Virus record (IMG/VR): IMGVR_UViG_3300037297_000386
Length of the DNA stretch: 64,000 bases
Source of the DNA: a virus
Lineage: Duplodnaviria > Caudoviricetes
Direction: 5' to 3' (one strand)
Position 1 is the first letter of the stretch. Every line of letters begins with the position of its first letter. A program made the translations under genes and the position numbers. The notes beneath the pieces were generated by a model. The model did no database searches, was not told where the DNA came from, and saw only the letters and a list, made by a program, of their open reading frames with translations. Shown here in pieces: positions 59,222 to 64,000 of the stretch.

Positions 59222-59758
59222 TTAACCAACGGCTACATCTTTACGACCAACTGATACACCGCGTGGATTTACAATCCCGATACCAATGATCTCGTTGACT
59301 ACCCAGCCTAATTTCAGCTGCTTCGGCTCGTCGGCTGGTAGAACTTCGATGTCTTGACGAACTGGCATTACACCAACAAATTCTGGATCAGCTACACCGA
59401 AAACAGTACCAGTTGGAACAACCTTACTAACGATAAGGTCGGCACCCCATAGATGTGCGAAAAGACCAGTCTGAAGAATTTCGCGCTGAGTGACCATATC
59501 TAGCTCACCGCCAGTTCCTGCAGACTGTCCACCACCGGAACCCCAGTTTAGAATATCATTAAATTCAACAATATTCATTAGGAACTTGGTTGTAACAAGG
59601 TCCCATCGATCTACCTGAACTTTGATTTCTGAAAGATCACGCTTTAGTAACCCAGCATCAGCAATATCCTGAGCGGTATTTTCGCCACCAAGATTTGAGT
59701 CACCAGCATAATCCAAAGCTGAGAAAATGTTAGCATCTTCTTGTGCTTGAATTTCTTG
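59222..59758 (-). CDS. Major capsid protein, exon 3 (178 aa + stop)
   Basis: QEIQAQEDANIF...LWGADLIVSKVVP.G..FG.ADPEFVG.MPVRQDIEV...LGWVV.E.IGIGIVNPRGV, an HK97-fold-type C-terminus. Begins right after intron-terminal AACAAATTG. Confidence 0.85.
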   Translation of the reverse strand, partial: QEIQAQEDANIFSALDYAGDSNLGGENTAQDIADAGLLKRDLSEIKVQVDRWDLVTTKFLMNIVEFNDILNWGSGGGQSAGTGGELDMVTQREILQTGLFAHLWGADLIVSKVVPTGTVFGVADPEFVGVMPVRQDIEVLPADEPKQLKLGWVVNEIIGIGIVNPRGVSVGRKDVAVG

Positions 59759-60935
59759 CAATTTGTTAATAGTTTTTATAAACTTACCAAATCATTTCTG
59801 TTTGGTTCTACACCTTTCGGTATAGTTCAGACTGTATCATCATCTTCTTTAGAAGAGCTTGGCATATCAGTCGTTGAGAATTGGAGTAATTTATATTTCA
59901 TACAATCTATAACATATGGTTTTATAAGTTTTGTAAGCTTAATGCCATTTTTTTTATTAAATGATAAATAATAATATTTTTTATTCCTATTATTATATTC
60001 ACATACTTTAGAACTTATATTAAAATTTACATATATGGCGTTTTGTAACCTATAGTTTTCTTCTTTTGTGAATCCCTCTGTAGATAATTTCATATCATAC
60101 TTTCTGGTATGTCCATCATCCATATACCAAATTGCCATCGCATAGGCCGAAAGCATATTTGATATATTCTTTTTTATAACCTTTTTTGTATTATCATAAA
60201 ATAATTTATGTAAATAATTTAATTCATGATGACAGATAGTAGTTAAATTGTATGTGACAGAATTCCTTGAATTCTGTTGTACATTCTGTCGTATCTTGTT
60301 CACAAAATTATTAAGCACCTGTTTTTTATAATGCAAGTATGGTAATTGTTTTTTACAATGATTAACAACAAATCTTTTTGTCTTACCATTATCTATATGT
60401 CCATCACCAAGCAAAGAACCAATTATAAACTCTTTCTGTTTTCGTGTGAATGGAATTTTGCGTAAATGATAATATTTTCTTTCTACACTTCTTATCGGTT
60501 TTATTCCATATTCTCTAAACCATCTATAAATTGTTCTTTCTCCGACTCCATAATATTCTGCTAAAACCTTTATTCCTTTGTGTGTAGTTTCATATGCATG
60601 TATCAATTCGCTCTTACAAGGTATTTTCCTTTTGCACACATATCCTCTTGATTCTATACCAAATTTTTTGAACCACTTTCTAACAGTTTTAACGCTCACT
60701 CCATAATAATCACCAATTTGTTGCATTGTTTTCATCTGATTATTGTACAAATCACACAGATTTTCTTTTGTAGGCACTTTGGATTACTCCTTTTCTGCTG
60801 ATTGCCCGTATCATTTAATTATTTTTAACTTAGTTTGATTGTAAATTATATTTCAATATAAATTATTTATGACTAAGTATAATTAACATTCGGGGTTTCC
60901 AGCATATAGCCAAGTTTAGAGCCCGCCGGAAATTA
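59759..60935 (-). ncRNA. Group I self-splicing intron B (1177 nt) in the capsid gene, carrying a LAGLIDADG ORF
   Basis: P1 GCCCGU|...GCGGGC with a U.G pair at the splice site; P AUGCUGGAAA; Q AAUCAGCAG; P3 CUUGGC/GCCAAG; R UCAACGACUG; S GAUACAGUC; P9 GAAA tetraloop; terminal G at 59759. Confidence 0.9.
59827..60777 (-). CDS. Intron-encoded LAGLIDADG endonuclease with two N-terminal HTH repeats
   Basis: FIIGSLLGDG and AIWYMDDG. GTG start with an AAGGAG SD just after Q. Its 3' end overlaps P7/P8/S. Confidence 0.85.
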   Translation of the reverse strand: MPTKENLCDLYNNQMKTMQQIGDYYGVSVKTVRKWFKKFGIESRGYVCKRKIPCKSELIHAYETTHKGIKVLAEYYGVGERTIYRWFREYGIKPIRSVERKYYHLRKIPFTRKQKEFIIGSLLGDGHIDNGKTKRFVVNHCKKQLPYLHYKKQVLNNFVNKIRQNVQQNSRNSVTYNLTTICHHELNYLHKLFYDNTKKVIKKNISNMLSAYAMAIWYMDDGHTRKYDMKLSTEGFTKEENYRLQNAIYVNFNISSKVCEYNNRNKKYYYLSFNKKNGIKLTKLIKPYVIDCMKYKLLQFSTTDMPSSSKEDDDTV

Positions 60936-61144
60936 ACGGGCTTTTTGCTGAGCACGGTCAATTACATTAAATCGACGCCTTTTAACTTCAGCAATACGAA
61001 CGGTCGGGTTAGAAACAACCTCGAATTCTGGAACACTTACACGATCTGAAAATGCACGTGATTCAGGAGCAGAACCGTTACTAGAAATAACAACGGCTGC
61101 CACATCGATATCTCTATCGTAGACAGGTAAAGCACCTTGTGGTA
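60936..61144 (-). CDS. Major capsid protein, exon 2 (209 nt; not in the ORF track)
   Basis: TA CCA CAA GGT... reads (L)PQGALPVYDRDIDVAAVVISSNGSAPESRAFSDRVSVPEFEVVSNPTVRIAEVKRRRFNVIDRAQQKAR, in phase with both neighbouring exons. Confidence 0.9.
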
Positions 61145-62191
61145 CAATTTGTTACTCATCGTTAAGATGGGCCGAATCATCTCTGTTCGGCTCTACATAT
61201 CTCTATGTAGTTCAGACTATATCATCACCTCTTTTTGAGGGTTTAGCATTTAGTCGTTGAGGGACGGCAAAATTTTATACATAAAATCTTTCAGTATATA
61301 TTGCCTAACCAAGTTAGATAACAATTGTGAGTTTCTCTTGTTGATTGATATATAATAGTATTCTTTCTGGTTTCTATTATATTTTGCAATTTTAGATCTC
61401 ACATTAAATTTTGATTTCAGCATACTCTGTAAAATCAACTGTTCTTTGTACGAGAAACTATCAGTCGAAAGCCTTATGTTACACCTATTGTTTAGTGTTC
61501 CGTCATCCATTATCCAATATGCTAAAGATCTTTCAGTTACATAATTGGATAGCTCTTGACGAATTACTTTTTTGTTATTTTCATAAAACAAGTGTCTAAA
61601 GAATCTGAAATCATTATGTACTACTGTGACAAAAGAATACATTACAGAATTTTTTCTTTTATCTTCCTTCTTGTTTATAGAATTAACTAAATTCCCAAGA
61701 ATTGCCTTCTTGTGTAACACCAATGATTTTTGTTTTTCGCAATGTCCTATTTGAAGCCTACAACTTTTGTTCTTTCTTCCATGTTCACCAACAAATCCAT
61801 CGCCAAGAAGAGTTCCAACAACCATCTCTTTTTGCTCTTTTGTAAGTGGGACTTTCTTAATTAGTTCATATTTTCTTTGTTTCGGATTAGCATCAATATT
61901 TAGAATATAGAACCATCGATTAATAGTCTTTCGACTAACCTGATATATCTCTGCTATTTCGTAAGTTGTAAGTCTTCTATCAACATAAAGTTTTATCAAC
62001 TCGTTTCTGCTTGGTCTCTTCATTCTACCTTCCCTGCTGATTGTCTGCGTATCAAAAGTTTTAACTTAGGTACTGTTTTAGATTATCTTCTGTGAGTAAT
62101 CTGTATTTTCCTAAGTATTTCGATCTTCCAGACTTCCCAGCATACAGCCAAATTTTTCCTAAAATATTGCTATTTTAGGCCGCTACCGTTA
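61145..62191 (-). ncRNA. Group I self-splicing intron A (1047 nt) in the capsid gene, carrying a LAGLIDADG ORF
   Basis: P1 CCGU|UA-ACGG-UAGCGG; P10 GGUA pairs with exon UACC; P2 with GCAA loop; P AUGCUGGGAA; Q AAUCAGCAG; R UCAACGACUA; S GAUAUAGUC; P9 GAGA loop; terminal G at 61145. Confidence 0.9.
61250..62023 (-). CDS. Intron-encoded LAGLIDADG endonuclease with N-terminal HTH
   Basis: MVVGTLLGDG and AYWIMDDG. Starts just after Q and its stop codon lies in the R element. Confidence 0.85.
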   Translation of the reverse strand: MKRPSRNELIKLYVDRRLTTYEIAEIYQVSRKTINRWFYILNIDANPKQRKYELIKKVPLTKEQKEMVVGTLLGDGFVGEHGRKNKSCRLQIGHCEKQKSLVLHKKAILGNLVNSINKKEDKRKNSVMYSFVTVVHNDFRFFRHLFYENNKKVIRQELSNYVTERSLAYWIMDDGTLNNRCNIRLSTDSFSYKEQLILQSMLKSKFNVRSKIAKYNRNQKEYYYISINKRNSQLLSNLVRQYILKDFMYKILPSLND

Positions 62192-62471
62192 ACGGATCCA
62201 CAACTAGAACTCTACGTCCAACGCCTTGATAATCTAAGTTTCTACGAATTGGATTAGCCATAGCTTGGCCTAATGCAACCTTACCTTCCGTGGTCATTAG
62301 AGCCCTACGAATTAGCTCATCTTTTTGCTCTTCTGTAAAAGAAGGCTGGCCAGCAAGACCCTGACTGGCCGATTGGTTATTCTGAATAATACTAGCATAC
62401 TTTACGATTTGTGCTAATGCATCGCGATCGCTAGCAGCATTCAGCTCACCATGGGTATTAAACAATGACAT
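62192..62471 (-). CDS. Major capsid protein, exon 1 (280 nt)
   Basis: AGGAGG SD. MSLFNTHGELNA...GKVALGQAMANPIRRNLDYQGVGRRVLVVDP. The in-frame stop at 62175 lies inside intron A. Confidence 0.9.
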
Positions 62472-62509
62472 GATTTTATGTCCTCCTGATATTATTTTTT
62501 TGCTATAAT

Positions 62510-63328
62510 TTATACAGCATTAATCTTTTCAAAGTCGGTATTACCGACAGGTTCACGAATTTGAAAATCGTTACACAATTTGTATCTCATGCTTTCTATA
62601 ACATAGAATCTTATTATATCTTGCATCTTTTTGGTTTCCTTAGAACTCAACCAAAGTCTATGAGTATTTTTATATGATACTATATTAGCATTTAAACTAA
62701 AATTATTCTTAAGCATCTTCATTAATTTAACATGTTCATCTCGTGTAAAACAATCTGTACACATGTAGGTGCTTTTATTTCTTAAAGAATATGTTCCATC
62801 CTCCATGAACCAAACAGCTAACGATATTTTTTCTGTAAATATATGGTCTATAGAATCTGGCACAATTTTCTTTCCGCTAGCATTATAAAAAGTTTTTCTA
62901 AAATAGTTTAATTCAGGAACAGATAAGGTGCTAAAATTATAAAATACATAACTTTTGTCATATTTTTTATTATAAGCGACTTGTTTGCTAATATTAGATC
63001 CCAAATCATCAAATATATCTTTAATCCAATGTATATAATCTTTCTGCTTTATAGAATGACTTGTCTTATAACTAGAAGTTCTATTATTACATTTTGTTAT
63101 GTGCCCGTCGCCAAGTAAAGACCCGATTAAAAAATTTCTTTGATAATCATTTAATTGTCTGTTTTCAACTATATCTCTTTTTTTCTGAAATCTGGTTTTT
63201 ATATCAAATTTCTTGAGTGCCTTACACACCGTACTTCTATGAACGCCCATTTCTTTAGCTATTTCATATGTACTTTTCAATTGGTCAACATATAGCTTTT
63301 GTATAAATTCTTTATTAATTTTTTCCAT
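62510..63328 (-). CDS. Free-standing LAGLIDADG endonuclease with N-terminal HTH
   Basis: FLIGSLLGDG, AVWFMEDG, YVIESMRYKL. Same subfamily as the intron ORFs. Confidence 0.85.
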   Translation of the reverse strand: MEKINKEFIQKLYVDQLKSTYEIAKEMGVHRSTVCKALKKFDIKTRFQKKRDIVENRQLNDYQRNFLIGSLLGDGHITKCNNRTSSYKTSHSIKQKDYIHWIKDIFDDLGSNISKQVAYNKKYDKSYVFYNFSTLSVPELNYFRKTFYNASGKKIVPDSIDHIFTEKISLAVWFMEDGTYSLRNKSTYMCTDCFTRDEHVKLMKMLKNNFSLNANIVSYKNTHRLWLSSKETKKMQDIIRFYVIESMRYKLCNDFQIREPVGNTDFEKINAV

Positions 63329-63345
63329 ATAACTCTTGGTTACAA

Positions 63346-64000
63346 TTAATTTAAAACAGACAATTTATATCTCATGCTTTCTATAATATAAGGCATTACT
63401 ATTTCTGATATTTCTTTTGATTCTTTTACATTAAAATATAAATTATATCGGCTATCTTTTATTCTAGATATTTTTGTATTAATTCCAAGTTTCGCTTTTA
63501 TCATAGATCTTAAAATTTCATGATCTTCTAAAGAAAAACAATTAGTACATAATATTATTTTGTTGGCTGCCTTTTTAAATGTACCGTCATCCATCAACCA
63601 TATAGCCATAGAAAAATCATCTAAATATTTCTCTATCTCTGGATTTATGTATTTTATATTATCTTTATAAAATAAATTTCTAAAATGCATGAATTCTGGA
63701 TGAGAATAAGATTTAAAACCACATGTAAAATGTGTTTTATTTTCTAAGACGGCTTTATTAAATGTTATATCACCAACATAACCAGACAATATTTCTCTTT
63801 TCCACTTAACATATTCAAATTGTTTTGTACTATGTCTAACTTCAAATCTTGCTGCTTTATTACTATTATTTAATGATATATGCCCGTCTCCAAGCAATGA
63901 GCCTACAATAAACTTTTTAATATCGTTAGTGAAACAAGTTTTAAATCTTTCTAAACATAATTTTGTATAGCCTGGAGCAATTCTTGATATATTATGTTTA
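63346..64000 (-). CDS. LAGLIDADG endonuclease, 5'-truncated by the window edge
   Basis: The frame is open to base 64000 (...FIVGSLLGDG...AIWLMDDG...YIIESMRYKL). Confidence 0.85.
   Translation of the reverse strand, partial: KHNISRIAPGYTKLCLERFKTCFTNDIKKFIVGSLLGDGHISLNNSNKAARFEVRHSTKQFEYVKWKREILSGYVGDITFNKAVLENKTHFTCGFKSYSHPEFMHFRNLFYKDNIKYINPEIEKYLDDFSMAIWLMDDGTFKKAANKIILCTNCFSLEDHEILRSMIKAKLGINTKISRIKDSRYNLYFNVKESKEISEIVMPYIIESMRYKLSVLN

Noticed and set aside
59040-59225. 61-aa minus-strand ORF between the capsid gene and the MTase fusion
   Set aside because: It crosses a strong terminator, has no SD and looks non-coding. The nested minus-strand ORFs 38562-38753 and 41010-41201 were rejected as alternative frames.
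584-61599. The many plus-strand ORFs in the track
   Set aside because: They lie antisense within long minus-strand genes, lack SD sequences and show shadow-frame composition. The only plus-strand coding signal kept is the tnpB relic at 54604.
62526-62567. Hairpin TTTTCAAA-GTCGGT-ATT-ACCGAC...TTTGAAAA in the 3' end of the endonuclease gene upstream of the capsid gene
   Set aside because: It could be an mRNA leader or processing structure, but it is a single occurrence with no supporting feature.
1-64000. Stop-codon reassignment, as reported in some large phages
   Set aside because: Genes are long and tightly packed under the standard code, and TAA, TAG and TGA all occur as apparent stops. 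The only broken gene is explained by introns.
1-64000. tRNA or rRNA genes
   Set aside because: No cloverleaf or T-loop context was found. The only TTCGAA-like hit noticed, near 48297, is not in a tRNA structure.

Overview
This is a 64 kb AT-rich segment of a large (jumbo/huge) contractile-tailed bacteriophage genome, covering nearly the whole virion morphogenesis region. All convincing genes are on the minus strand. In transcription order (right to left) they are: LAGLIDADG endonucleases; a major capsid gene split by two group I introns (a 341-aa protein can be rebuilt exactly from three exons); a DNA-binding/nuclease/methyltransferase fusion; six small paralogs; neck and head-closure genes; four very large fibre/tailspike proteins; tail completion, sheath and tube; a tail assembly chaperone with a -1 frameshift signal; tape measure; tube initiator; hub; spike; and baseplate wedge genes. 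The region carries many selfish elements: six LAGLIDADG and two HNH endonucleases, plus at least four intergenic relics resembling 3' ends of tnpB genes and their guide (omega) RNA scaffolds, from two families. The most unusual signals are (1) a strong excess of the tripeptide DGY, concentrated in fibre-type virion proteins and absent from the core tail machine and capsid, (2) the orphan TnpB/omegaRNA-like relics, and (3) the doubly intron-split capsid gene. Functional calls come from motif recognition and synteny by eye; no database search was run.
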